Source: Harriotta raleighana
Taxonomy: Eukaryota
Direction: 5' to 3'
NCBI GenBank assembly: GCA_050575255.1
Contig: JBNZDD010013711.1
Location: 1,670,494-1,734,493 of the forward strand
DNA length: 64,000 nucleotides
Position 1 is the stretch's first letter. The number at the start of each line of letters is the position of its first letter. Below, in pieces: positions 40,248-52,416 of this stretch. The position numbers and the translations under genes were made by a program. Under the pieces are notes generated by a model. It did no database searches, was not told the origin of the DNA, and saw nothing but the letters and a program-made list of their open reading frames with translations.

Positions 40248-40800
40248 ACTTGGTAATCAGTAACTCGTATTCTCTTTTTATACCTGTTACATATTTCTGT
40301 TCCTCTCGTCCACTTGGGATACAATAATTTCTCTGCATTTATCTTTGGCGAAGCCATCAACTTTTACTCTTCAAGATTTCTTCTATTATTGCAATGATGT
40401 AGGGACATCAAAAAATTAAGTTATTCCAGAACGTTTATTGGCATCTTATGTTGTTCAGACACACTGAGGATGCCTGAAATATTGTTTCTAAAATATTAAT
40501 TAGACTTCGTATGCCAGGAATGCTGCGCAAAACATGGTTTGATTTATATGTCATCGCCAATATATGTGTGTTTCCCCCCCACAGCGTTTAAAACTTAGTA
40601 CTGTACATGTAAATAGCTTTCAAAAAATAAATTCTAATTCTAAAATCTTTCAAATTTCTCTTTCAAACTTGGTAATCAGTAACAAGTATTCTTTTTTTTC
40701 GAAGATTTAAGCATTTTTGTTCCTCCAGGACACTTGGAAGATAAATCATATCTGTACATTTATCTTTAATGAAGTTTTCAATGTTTATTGATCAAGACTT
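40248..40800. repeat. Diverged direct repeat (about 130 bp, copies start 40248 and 40667)
   Basis: Both copies start acttggtaatcagtaac and share tgttcctc..cacttgg..catttatcttt..gaag..tcaaga in the same order. Confidence 0.8.
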
Positions 40801-42809
40801 ATTTAATTGGCCATTGAAGTTACAAGCAAAGATTGTGCTGCTGCAATGTATAAAGAATTGATGCCGAATATGTCACGTATCAAATTACTGATGTGGTTCG
40901 GGATAGAAAAGTAACACCTGTAGTTTAACAAGTTCCTGCCACGTTCTTCAATGTTGTCTGCCTCTTGATGCTGAAAAGTACTCGTGAAATTGATTTTGTT
41001 TTTTTTACCGTTAACTGTAAAAACGTCTTTGCCAAATAAAATGCTGACTTATTCAATCACACTCATAGTAAATAAGTAAAATCTTTAAATTAATTAAAAT
41101 ATTCCACTCAAATGTCACGTAAAGCTTTGTTCTTGATAAAAACGCCAGTTAACTTGGTTATTTGTGGATTTCTGATTCAGATTAAACTACATGCTGTAGA
41201 ATTTTATGAATTTTAACATGGATTATACATCATCCGACCTACAATACAAAACATATAATTGATGGGACAGTAGAAGAAGCAAAATTTACGTACAAAAATA
41301 TAGGTAAAATAAACATTACAATTCATAACTTTGTGAAACCTGGAACAGTTTAGAGACAAGCAATACCAGCGAGAATAAATGACGTCCATATATCATCAGG
41401 ATATGTCAGCAATTGTTTAAAAACACATTTATCTACTACTGAAACTCGGTAATACTTGACATTCTTTGAATAATAAGTGTACTTAAACAATCCATCAACA
41501 TCCACTTCTATTCGTGTACATATAAAAATAAATTCAAAGAAACGAGGACATGCACACGGTGTAAACATGCCTGCCTTCCCTTAAGCAACTAAAAACACGC
41601 TTTCTTTTATTTCACTGGCAATAAATTTAAATAGATATATGTCAGACACAATCTCAAAAAGGCAATGGAATTTCTCGAGTGAAATACTTCACTTCCATTC
41701 TATATTTTGTTGAAGTTATACTTCACACACTTGCTGCAACTCATTATATTTTCTACAGGCCACTATAGTCACCAGAACATTGAACAAATTACATGATTAT
41801 ATGCACTTTCTAATTTATGAAGCTCGGGATCTTAACCAACCGATTGTTGCAATCAGTAATTTAAACATCACAGCGATCAGTTTCACGCCTTCTTTAATAT
41901 TAAATGTAGAAACGCGCTTCATTGCTGTGTATCAAACGCGATAACTATTACTATTAATTTTAATTGTAATACATCTTATATATTATCACTGCGCTCATTT
42001 CACGGAGGCTGGCAGCAACAAGATAGAACTTTGTTTTCAATATAGTAATATCACTTCCTCTTACTTTACACAAGTATCAAACCGTCATTGACTTAACAGT
42101 ATATATTTATAACCGAGTAACGAAAACTTTGGATGGAGGAATTGAAGCGACGCGGGAGGTTTCCATTCACCATTCCACACTATTGCAAAATGCAGAAAAC
42201 ACGCAAATTCCATTGCAAGTATGTGTTTCGTAAACCCAGTAAATGACAAACACATGAAAACAACAAAGGTAAAACAGCCAACGATGGAGGTTACAGTAGA
42301 ACAGTATTGTTCAATTTGCAGCAGTCAACCATTTCATCTCTATTCATCTGAATTAGTTTTTTTTAAATGCTGGTAGTTGCATATCAGAATTGGTTCTGGT
42401 GTCCCATTTGGGGATTAAAATGAGTCACCTTTCAAAACTGGGTTACGGGCTTTTAAGTCTGTGCAAAATCAACAACTGTTCAGACCATCTTGTGGTTTGA
42501 GGGGAACAATGGGTCCAATGGTTTCATGCTTTTTGTCAAAAGGAAAATAAAATGCTGATATTGAAGAGCATTTGAAGAACATTTCCCATTCGGATATTCG
42601 TATGGCCAATGGTCAGGCGTTGGCTCTTGGTGTGTGTGTGTGTGTTTAGCTTTACCTTGAAAATCAACGATCTAGAGGCTATAAGGGCCAGTTGACATGA
42701 CATGACCTGCTGCATTTTAATGCTACCGTCGTCTCTTCATTCAGTAACGTGTGAGGTCATGCGAAAAATAGTTCGGTGCAAAAATGTGTGTGTGGGTGGG
42801 AGAGGGGTG

Positions 42810-43150
42810 GTGGTATTTTAGCGACCCACGTGGCTGGCTGGGTGCAAACTCTGGCGCTCGGGGAGCATTTGGTTTGGAAGGAGGGAGTGAGGGAGGGAGC
42901 CTGGGGTTTGCATTGGGAGTGAGTTAGGGGGTGAGCAGCCAGTGAGCCGGACCACGTGCTCCTGGGTTGACCAATGCACCTGACGGCCTGGGTGGGGGTG
43001 GGGGGGAGAGGGGAGGCGGCGCAGGCGCAGTGCGGCTCCACTCCGAGTGGGGCGGGGCTGGCGCACGCGCACGGACACCACACGGCGCCCGACTGCAAGG
43101 GTCACGTGGATGGTTGTTTGGTGGGGGGCGTGAGCAGCCGCATTGCAACA
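42810..43150. promoter_or_regulatory. Orphan CpG-rich promoter-like element
   Basis: Three CACGTG E-boxes (42826, 42953, 43103), CCAAT (42971), GGGGCGGGG GC box (about 43049) and NRF1-like GCGCAGGCGCA and GCGCACGCGC within about 300 bp. Confidence 0.65.
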
Positions 43151-44859
43151 CCTTCCACCTCTCTCCTTCCTCCTCTTTATCAGTGCATTGGGAAGGGAGA
43201 GAGGGGGGGGGCGTCATTCTGGTCAAAGAACAGGGTTAAAACATGGGGGAAGGAAACTGCAGTGGTCACCTGGATACAAGATTCACCGGCCTGCTGCGTT
43301 TGATGCATTGCTGTCATACCAGCAACAAGCACAGAGACTTGCAGTAAAAGTACTGTAATGTCGAAGATCATGCCGTTGTGAAGAGGGTCTGCATTTGGCT
43401 GTAAACAGACCAGAACCAAAACGTGGGACCCATTCCTGTCAACTGTATGAAACGTTGTGCAGAAAAAGGGTGGGTGACTGACGGTTGCAGTTGCAGAATG
43501 TGTGCCTTTAATGTTGAATAATATTCAACGCCCCCACTCTCTCTATTCATCTACTTTAAAAAAAAACTTTTAAGGTAGTACAGAAATGTCAGGGCGAGAA
43601 AAAATTGCGTTTGATAAATTGTGCACATTGATGTATATGGTCTATGCCTCCACAAAATCAACCGACAACTCTGTTCTTATACATAAAACTGTGCAACTTG
43701 AAGAGAGAAAGAGAAAAGGAGATGAGGAGGGGGTTGGGTGGGGAGAGAGAGAGAAAAACTGCTTGTTTGCGAGGAAAGGAAATCCGCTCGTTGAGCAAAA
43801 GAGCTAAAAAAAAATCGTGCATGAGACAAAAACGTTACTGACAACGGAAACAGGAAGCAACTATCTGATTGAAACATTTACTCAGAGTTTTGATGTAATG
43901 TTTCTGAGACTCTATTTTAACAACATTGGTTTGGCCAACGTCACAAGATGACAACCCTAAACTAGCCCATTAGATAGACACACAGTCTGACTGTCTCCTC
44001 AAACCTTATGAACTCGCTTGCAATCCCGATTAAACATACCACTGATCCTTTAAACTGTTACCTATTCGCTGACTGCTCCAGATCAAAGTCTGTGTCTAAA
44101 TCTTCTATGTCGATCACACACCAACTATCTCCTCTGCATCACCGCAAAGCGAATTGCATTTTCTTTGGAAACAAAACAAGCCAACACCTGAGAAACCACC
44201 AAGTATTATCACAACCTTGCATGGCCATTTAAACTTGCAGTTCATGCAAACAACATAGATTAACCATAGATGATTCTTGTTTCGCTCCATTGATTTTACA
44301 CGTAAACCAACGCGGAATTATCTCTCGTATTCAGGTCATTTGAGGTTACCATGAGACTGTACAGCCGGTTGGGAATATTAAACGTCGTTACATTTTGCAC
44401 TAAGCCACGCAGAAATACATCAATATACAGTCTGCCGAGACATTCTGACACTGACTATAGTTTTCCAAATATATGTTGAAATGCAGTTGGACAGAAAGGG
44501 TATGACGCTGTGACAAACCAGCAACAATCAACAAACAATGCCTATTTGCAAGTTTTATAAAAGTAAACCAATCCTCGTACTCAACTCGGTGAAACCACAC
44601 CATTCAAATTGATTGGGAGGTGCATTTGTTCAGCATTATGTAGCTGGAGTTCAAATCCGGAGCAGAACATTTGTCTGAATTTCTCTCCGCCCGAATATAA
44701 TCTAAGTCAATGGAATTGATGAGTTACAATGGCGAATTTGCGACATAACTTATCCTCCCAGGAAGGCGGCTGGTGAATTACAATGCGGTGTTGGCTGCTG
44801 CAATTTAAAGGCTAGAGCACGATTGAATTGTTGTGAAGCATATATGTAAATGTGTCTGA

Positions 44860-45140
44860 TCTCCTGAGTGTGCTCCCTAAGAACTTTTAGTTCAGGTAAA
44901 GGTATTGGGCCCAACAAATCCACCCCTTCCTCATAGTTCCTCAACTTCAAAGTTCTGGACATGTAATTCCCAAACTCTAGTTGCCATTTGAACCCTTTTA
45001 TATTGTCTGGATTCGACGGCCTTCCTGGGAACTTATTCCACCAACCACAAATGTTCTCCCTGACTTTCTTCCTTACTCCCCTTTAATTCATCTGTAACTT
45101 GTGTCTCCCCCACAACCCCAAGTTAGAAACCTTTACTGTA
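44860..45140 (-). mobile_element. Decayed CR1-like LINE 3' fragment
   Basis: cttcctgggaacttattccaccaaccacaaatgttctccctgactttc resembles the reverse complement of a CR1 ORF2 end / 3' UTR. Confidence 0.45.
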
Positions 45141-47139
45141 ATGAATAATTTCTATGGATCAGATTCCCCAATATGTTGGTTTCAACTGGAGCCACAGAGT
45201 GTAAAGAACGAGGCAAATCCACTCAGGATCACTGATGACTGTTAACACGCTGAGCACAACAACTCGCTTTCAACCAAACCCCCTTGCAGTTTGTTACTCG
45301 AATGTATTTTAAAAAATCTTTCCTCTGCATTACTAACTGGCGCAATACAAACATAAAAGTGTTTAAGCTTTTCAGTTTCAAAGGTGAGGTTCACACCCAC
45401 TGCCAACATACCATATTTGAAGCAGAATACAATGTCACAAAGTGCATTCTTGGCCACAAAACACAAAGGCAAAACAATCATTTGTTTCAGCCCTTGCGTT
45501 ATCTATACATTATTATCGAGTTTCGCAATCAGCACAGGGACTGATTTTATTTTCGGAAAATTAATCGCTTCATCTTTCAACTATTATTTTTGTTACTTTT
45601 GTTTCCAGTATTTTTTTTTCCTGTCGCCCATGCGAAAGGCACAAGAAAAAGGTGGCTATTAATAGGGCCATTCATGCTGCTAAAGAACATAATCTGAACG
45701 TGTTGCTCCCTTTAAAATTGTAGAGATGAGTGGGATTTGGGGTTGCATGTGAAAGAACAACGCGTGAAGTATTGATAAAATTATGCAGAACAGATTATAT
45801 GCAATAGTTACATGTTTAAACCAAAATAACTGAGGTACTCAGGCTTGATTGATATTCTCCATTTATATGCAGTTTACCTACCTTCCATGTAATGGTTAAT
45901 GAGTTTAGAAACCAGCATGTAATTAATTCAGTACCCGCATGTTCACTACATCAACTAGCTGAGTTCCACGACAGTCTTTACGAAGCAAATTTGGTTATTG
46001 ATTAATATGAGCTTTTAGCATTATAAATACTGCATGCCACAAACCAGAGCATATTCCATGACCTAGTTTAAGGGAATGCAAATAGACAACCGCCGACAAA
46101 CATCTTTATTTACACGGGGGAACGTTTAAAACTGCTTCACTTGGGTCTCTTCCGGACATATTTACTGGAAGAACCTCCATCAGAATCTAGAGTATCACCA
46201 ACAAATGTGTTTGTTTTCTTTACTTGAAACATCTACTGATTATTTTAATCAGTTCATAGATTAACGCAAAAGCTAGTGTACATAACGACAGCGGGCAGGC
46301 ACTAAACCAGTTCCATTTTGTGTGTTATAGGATTAATTTGTAGAAGAAAACAATTGAATTTATGTAAGATGAAGGCTTCAGAGCAACACAAAATTAAGTT
46401 TTAAGTTACAATAGAAGAATCCATGCAGTCTTTTCAAGGTATAAACATTATGGTTATGCTATAGATCTATTTCTCTTAATTAGTTATGGTTATGCACGTG
46501 TGTTTTAAGGGAGAATATATATGCTTTCTTTCCTTTTCTCTTTTCACTTTTCACAGATTCAAAACCAACATGGTATGTGTAGGGATATATGCAATCTGAT
46601 GAAAACCTCATGTATGAAACTGATAAATAACTGCAGAATATTAATTAAATTAAATATACATAGCATTAAACCAAAGTTCTTGCTGTGTGATCAAATGTTT
46701 AATTATACCCTCAAATATGCAAAGTAATTAATTAAATTTAAAAAAGTTTTTAAATCGGTATTCTCAACCCAACAAAATGATTGAAGCTGTCTTCAGGCCA
46801 AAGATTTGTCTGTAAAATGACATAACTGCTACATTTTAAACTCATTTTCCCTGTTAAAACTTACAAGTGGCCTTTGAATGTGGCTTTCAAAACACTGGTA
46901 CAAGTGGAATAAACAGGAATCATAAAGTAAATACTACTGTTATACACAGAAGTTATCAACTTTAATTGACTATATAAAAAATTTAAAGCATGAGTTATTT
47001 TCTGATGGATTGTGCTTCTTTTCCAACCTGTCAGCAAAAAGTTGTGTACTTGCTTGCAGTTTTTCCTGCAAGTATAATTCAGTAGAATATTGCCAAAGTA
47101 CGGTTTGATTATTACCTGGTGTCTTTCTACATACAAGAT

Positions 47140-49422
47140 TCTATTATCATAAAGGAGATTTATTATTTTTTTAAAAAGCTCCTCAAGCAAGCATTTTTTG
47201 ACTGACAATGATAAGGTAGGGCTAACTGACACAATGGTCATTGTTTTGGGGGGTAGATACAGGTAGGCAAACAAGCGTATAATCTAATTATTTTAAACAC
47301 CAATGCAAAACAATTTCTACAACACTTTATACCATCAAACGTTTTGGTATATTCTCAAATCTATTTCTATGTACAGTTTAAAGTTATCAAGTACTGTCCC
47401 CGGAAAACCATTAAAAAGTAAATTGTTATGGCTCTAAATATGAATTTCTGCGACTGGCAACATACGAATATGAAAACGGATATTAGAGCTTTCTTTGTGC
47501 AACATGGGAGACATGTGTATTATACACACCTCTCAGTGATTCATGTTTACACCATGACAGAAACACATCATACAAGATGGATTTTCTACAAGAAAATGTT
47601 GCATCTTGTTTAAATTCATACGTCCAATTTGTACTGTGACTCTAGACAAGTGATAATTCTGCATTACAGTTGCTGGTCTGACAGAAGTACCTTTTACTAG
47701 AGTACCTAAGGCACTGTCATGCTACTTATGGTTTTAGGATTATCTACTCTGTGATGGTCGTACCGAGACGGTTAATTGGCTGCCATTTAACCATTAAGTG
47801 CTATAATGTCTAAAATATGAAGTAATTGTTGCTAATTTAGTTTTTACACTATTCCCTTTGAGATGCTGGATTTTTGTTTTAAAAGAACTATGATGACGAG
47901 TGAGTGTCTTTCTAAACCCCAATGGTGAAAAAGCCTAATTCCTATCAATATAACCAATATTTAATCTACCTCTCTTTTCAAACAAATTATTCCACTTTAT
48001 TACGGCATGGGTTTAGACAATACCAGGAGCAAGACTGAAATTCAACCCATAATATACTCAGTGGAGAATCCATTATGAACAGGAGGAGCAACAATAATTT
48101 TGGAAAATATCATTTAAGTACCTTGAACATGTTAACAATTAAACACGTTGGGGATTAAATTTAAATGATAACATGAATGTAAACATTAGAAATCACATAT
48201 TCAGGTAGAACATCATATGCTGGATATTTGCTATATACTGTAATGAAGTCTTAATGTGCAGCGGTTTTTAATGCATTCCTTCATAAGGAATCTAAATGGG
48301 GATTATTTTCAGTAAACAGAAACATGTCACACCAACCCTATTACAAAAATGGAATGCATTGATTGACATATATCTGGTTTCCTCATTAAGGTATTGAATT
48401 AGAAATCACTGTACATTATATCCCATTTTTTTTGTAGTAGTGTAAAGGCATAAATAATTACTTGAATTCTCAGGTTGTAGATCTATTAAATATATGGTAG
48501 AACATGTATGGCTTACACTGACTATCTTGAAAGTATACCATACATGCTTAAATACTGCACATTTGAATTTCTGTTAACATTGAATTTATATTAGCATTTC
48601 TAAGATTAAGATCCTGGAAAGCTAATCAACTGGCTTTCTATGGTTCAGAAAATGATATAGTTCTACAAGCAACTGAAATACTTCATATCCACTTTAAGTT
48701 TAAAGTTATAAATCAATAAAACAATTTTATTTCCACTTGATCAAATCTGTACTGCTTTTATGGTAGGTAAACTAATGATGCCGGAAAACATTTAGCAAAT
48801 AAAGATGGCAACATCTACTATAAATCAGTTTTCACAGTGAAATGGCTACAAAGAATACATCTTTCTAATTTCCATTTCTTTTAAATTCCTTTTTGGTGAG
48901 TTTGGTTGTGAAAAATCGCTCAGCCTTTATATTCAATCTGTACAGCCAACGTCTATTACTTGTCAAATTAAAAGTATGTTGATATACAGATATAGTAAAC
49001 TTCAATTCGATTAAACAGTTTTACAAAATATCTTCCAATGTTTACATCTTTACAATATCGCCCAGCATTCCTTCCTTCATTTTCCATCCTGTGAATACGT
49101 ACTCTTCCCAGTCAATTGGCCATAAAAATCCAATGCTGATAGATGAAAATATCCTCAAATCCCTGTAATACACATTCCTGTCCTATACATCCTTTGTTAA
49201 ATTGTATTCCAAGAAACCGGAAAAATGTCAGATGGAGTAAAATTTCTTGTTGAAACCATTTGTAGTAGTAAAGCCACATAAAAGTTTTCGACTTCCAACC
49301 AATGTCCAAAATAGTGATGTCAACGATGGTCATAATGCTAAGCATTTTCTATCTCTATATATTATCGCATGGCATGAATAGATCTTTGTATATATGCGTT
49401 GTACCATCTGTTGGAGAAGCAG
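47140..49422 (-). other. BMI1: BMI1 3' UTR (distal end uncertain)
   Basis: AT-rich stretch after the stop with no recognised repeats; AATAAA candidates at 48726-48731, 47996-48001 and 47159-47164; miRNA seeds and a Pumilio-type TGTACATA (47368-47375). Confidence 0.6.
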
Positions 49423-49752
49423 TCACCCTGATGATGATGCTGATGAACCATTGACGGATGATTTGCGTGCTCTGTTGTTACTGAAAGGGACTTGGTGGTT
49501 GGCATTGGAGATCGAGGAGCCGTTCATGGTACTGGATATGTGTGGAAAGTGTGGATGAGGAGACTGCCCTGGAGTGCAAGGACTGGGCAATGAAGATGAT
49601 GTAGATGGAACAGCTGCTGGGCTGTTTGCCTTATCACTTCCAGAGTCGCTTTCTAACTCCCCACTGGTATTATTTAATCCGTCTGGTTGATTGCCAATCT
49701 TCATTCTTTTGCAGGTTGGACGGACTCGATATTTTAGAGGAAGTGGTCCATT
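49423..49752 (-). CDS. BMI1: BMI1 terminal coding exon (NLS and Pro/Ser-rich tail)
   Basis: ttcag|[18 protein letters not shown]...[10 protein letters not shown]...[15 protein letters not shown]. The nine exons sum to 981 nt = 326 aa plus stop. Confidence 0.99.
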   Translation of the reverse strand, partial: NGPLPLKYRVRPTCKRMKIGNQPDGLNNTSGELESDSGSDKANSPAAVPSTSSSLPSPCTPGQSPHPHFPHISSTMNGSSISNANHQVPFSNNRARKSSVNGSSASSSG

Positions 49753-49836
49753 CTGAAAACAAATCAAAATAAACTCATGAGAACTAAAGATCAAGGAAAT
49801 CTTTCCTGGTTATAGTAATACAAAGATGATCCTTAC

Positions 49837-49917
49837 CCTTCTCCAAGTGTAAATATAGGCAATATCCATAAGAGTGTAATAATCTTTCAGTGGTTCATCT
49901 TCATACATAACATCAAT
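49837..49917 (-). CDS. BMI1: BMI1 coding exon 8 (RAWUL domain)
   Basis: attag|[27 protein letters not shown]|gtaagg; 81 nt. Confidence 0.99.
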
Positions 49918-49974
49918 CTAATGTGACAAAGAAGAGAGAGACATCAAATTATGTAGAGAAGATAATAATCCCTT

Positions 49975-50155
49975 AAAAAACAATTAGTCACTCAATCCAC
50001 GACCATATGCAGGAAATCTCTATACGCCATTGGCTGCTGCATTTCACCCACAAAAGATACAGTTAATTCGCTTTGCAGTAAATTCTGTGAAGCACTTTTG
50101 AGACGTCTCAGCGACATGGTAGTCGCTACATCAAATGCAAGGATTAATAACAACT
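49975..50155 (+). mobile_element. DeuSINE-type SINE 3' fragment in BMI1 intron
   Basis: attggctgctgcatttcacccacaaaagatacagttaattc...ctgtgaagcactttt...tcaaatgcaaggatta; same family as 6195-6470. Confidence 0.75.
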
Positions 50156-50915
50156 ATTTTTAAACTTTTGTTTTCTTTGTATATTGAAAAACTAAATGGT
50201 CTTTTTATGGGGCTAATCTCCTAATATCGCTTCATGCATGTAACAATGCTCAGGGTACAGACTGATGTAAGCAGGTAAAAAATATTTTTTATGTTATACT
50301 ATTGATAATGTGCATTTCTTCTGATATATCATATAATTCGGGTGAATGGCAAAGGATAATGTGGTTATTATTTATTTTACTTGTTGAAGTATTACTTGCT
50401 TGGTGCAGGAAAATGCCTTTGTAGATTAATGCCAGACTGTTGATTATACAGAAGTAATTTAGAAGCCAAGTTTGAGAAACTGAGTAATAAGCATAGAAAT
50501 ATTGTAACTACCCCATATCTATCCTTTCATTTCCAAACATCATTAACTTATCCTTGTATGTTTTTGACAATGGAAGAACAGTAATTAAAATTCTGTATAA
50601 TGCAAAACATGGATGGGGGTGGGAATACATCTATTTAACATTGAGATGTAAGTCTTGATCAACGTCACTTGTGTATTGTGGCAAAGGAAGCTGGAAAAAA
50701 TGATGTTGATACAGCTGAACACTCCATTGCCAAAATAGAAAGAAAATGGATATGAGAAATGTAAAATCTCCAAACAATATAAATTTGATATTCGAATACA
50801 GTACAATACAAAACTTTGTTTCTCACAGAAAATATACTATTTATTTTAGAATAAATATATTATCTTATACTATATGTTATCTTATAATACTTCAATAATA
50901 TCTATCCCAATATAC

Positions 50916-51014
50916 CTGGAATGTATGAGGAATATCCATTTTACTTCTCAGGAACTTTCTTAAATGCATCACAGTCATGGCTGCTGGACACCGCAAATAT
51001 CTCTTATCATTCAT
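50916..51014 (-). CDS. BMI1: BMI1 coding exon 7 (RAWUL domain)
   Basis: ttccag|[33 protein letters not shown]|gtatat; 99 nt. Confidence 0.99.
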
Positions 51015-51203
51015 CTGGAAGAAAAATCAACAAGTGAGATATAGTAGCAATGTACTTTTCGGTAAAGTGAAAACTATTCAGTCATCCTAACTTTCAAACC
51101 ACTTTTCTACCCATTGGAAACTCACATTTGTATAAAGAAAGATTAAACATGAAAGTACACATGCTAATTGGTAAATAATTATAATTGATTGAAGTTCCAT
51201 CAC

Positions 51204-51249
51204 CTCATCTTTTGTCTTCTCCTTATCTGTAGTTCCTTTTCGTTCAATC
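51204..51249 (-). CDS. BMI1: BMI1 coding exon 6
   Basis: aatag|(K)IERKGTTDKEKTKDE|gtgatg; 46 nt, keeps frame with flanking exons. Confidence 0.93.
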
Positions 51250-51359
51250 CTATTGTAGAAAAACAACCGCAGTTTATTAATGAACACAAATTTTCATAAC
51301 TAGATATAATTTCAGGATAATGTACAGATAATATCCTCTGGTTTGAGTTCTATACTTAC

Positions 51360-51468
51360 TTATTCTGCTCATAGAATTCTATTGACAAGCTAATGATTTC
51401 ATCATCAGTTATAATCCGTTTATCTTCCTCTGTAACTTCTCCCCTGTCTTCATTAGAGCCATTTGCTG
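51360..51468 (-). CDS. BMI1: BMI1 coding exon 5
   Basis: tgcag|(A)[35 protein letters not shown]|gtaagt; 109 nt; CAGCAG tandem acceptor. Confidence 0.98.
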
Positions 51469-52209
51469 CTGCATTAGTTAAATAAAAGATAGTAGAGTAA
51501 TTCCTAACATTTTTCAAATTCAAAACTTATTCATAAGAGTTCTCTGTTTAAATAGTATATTCATAAAAACATCAGTACATGAAATGTTGTTATGAGTTGG
51601 ATTTACAAGATCCAAATAAGTACAGAAGAAAAGCAGTCCATTATATGTACGACAATTTTTTCATTGACAATTTGAACCATTCATGGGATATTAGAGGAAC
51701 ATGTCACTGTCGATTAATTTAAAGTAGTTTACGACTGCTCACAGTCTAAACTACACATATGCACTGATAATGATTGAATATAAACTGTAAAACTAAACAT
51801 TTAACATAAAATCATACTTAACATTAATTTAACATTAAATCAAGTATGCTTTTAAGATGATATGAAAACCATAGAAGTGCACAGGTAAGTGAAGTAAAAT
51901 TAATACTGTTCTTGAACACTTCTACCAGAATAGGCATATGTAAAAGAAATAACATGGACTAACAAAATGTAACCTGCAATTTGGGTTTTCAAAACTAGAA
52001 TATTTCCTTTAAAATTACCATAAAGCAACAAACCTACCACAGTGACATCAATTTTGATTTCTAAAATAAATTATATAACTTGGTTACATTATCATGGTGA
52101 CAACCACGATCTCTTAAGTGCCCTGGTAGATTGTCTAAACATACAATGATGTTACATTCGTTAATTAGATTAATTTTGGGGAGGGGATAAGCAATAGACA
52201 AAAACTTAC

Positions 52210-52260
52210 CATCAGCAGAGGGATGGGCAGCATAAAAGTCCCGTCTTCGTTTCATTTCAT
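52210..52260 (-). CDS. BMI1: BMI1 coding exon 4
   Basis: tgcag|(D)EMKRRRDFYAAHPSAD|gtaagt; 51 nt. Confidence 0.98.
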
Positions 52261-52360
52261 CTGCAAAACAGAAGTTCATTATTGTTGAAATGACAGAAAG
52301 ATAAATTTGATTAAATGGTAAATTTAGTAATGTAAATGGTAAATTGAGTATTGTACTTAC

Positions 52361-52416
52361 CTTTGAAGAGGCCAGGAACTAATTTATATACAATATCTTG
52401 TAATGTCTTGTCTGAC
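52361..52416 (-). CDS. BMI1: BMI1 coding exon 3
   Basis: ttttag|SDKTLQDIVYKLVPGLFK|gtaagt; 56 nt. Confidence 0.98.

Noticed and set aside
52083-52105. X-box-like GTCACCATGATAAT in BMI1 intron
   Set aside because: Second half-site deviates from consensus and there is no supporting context.
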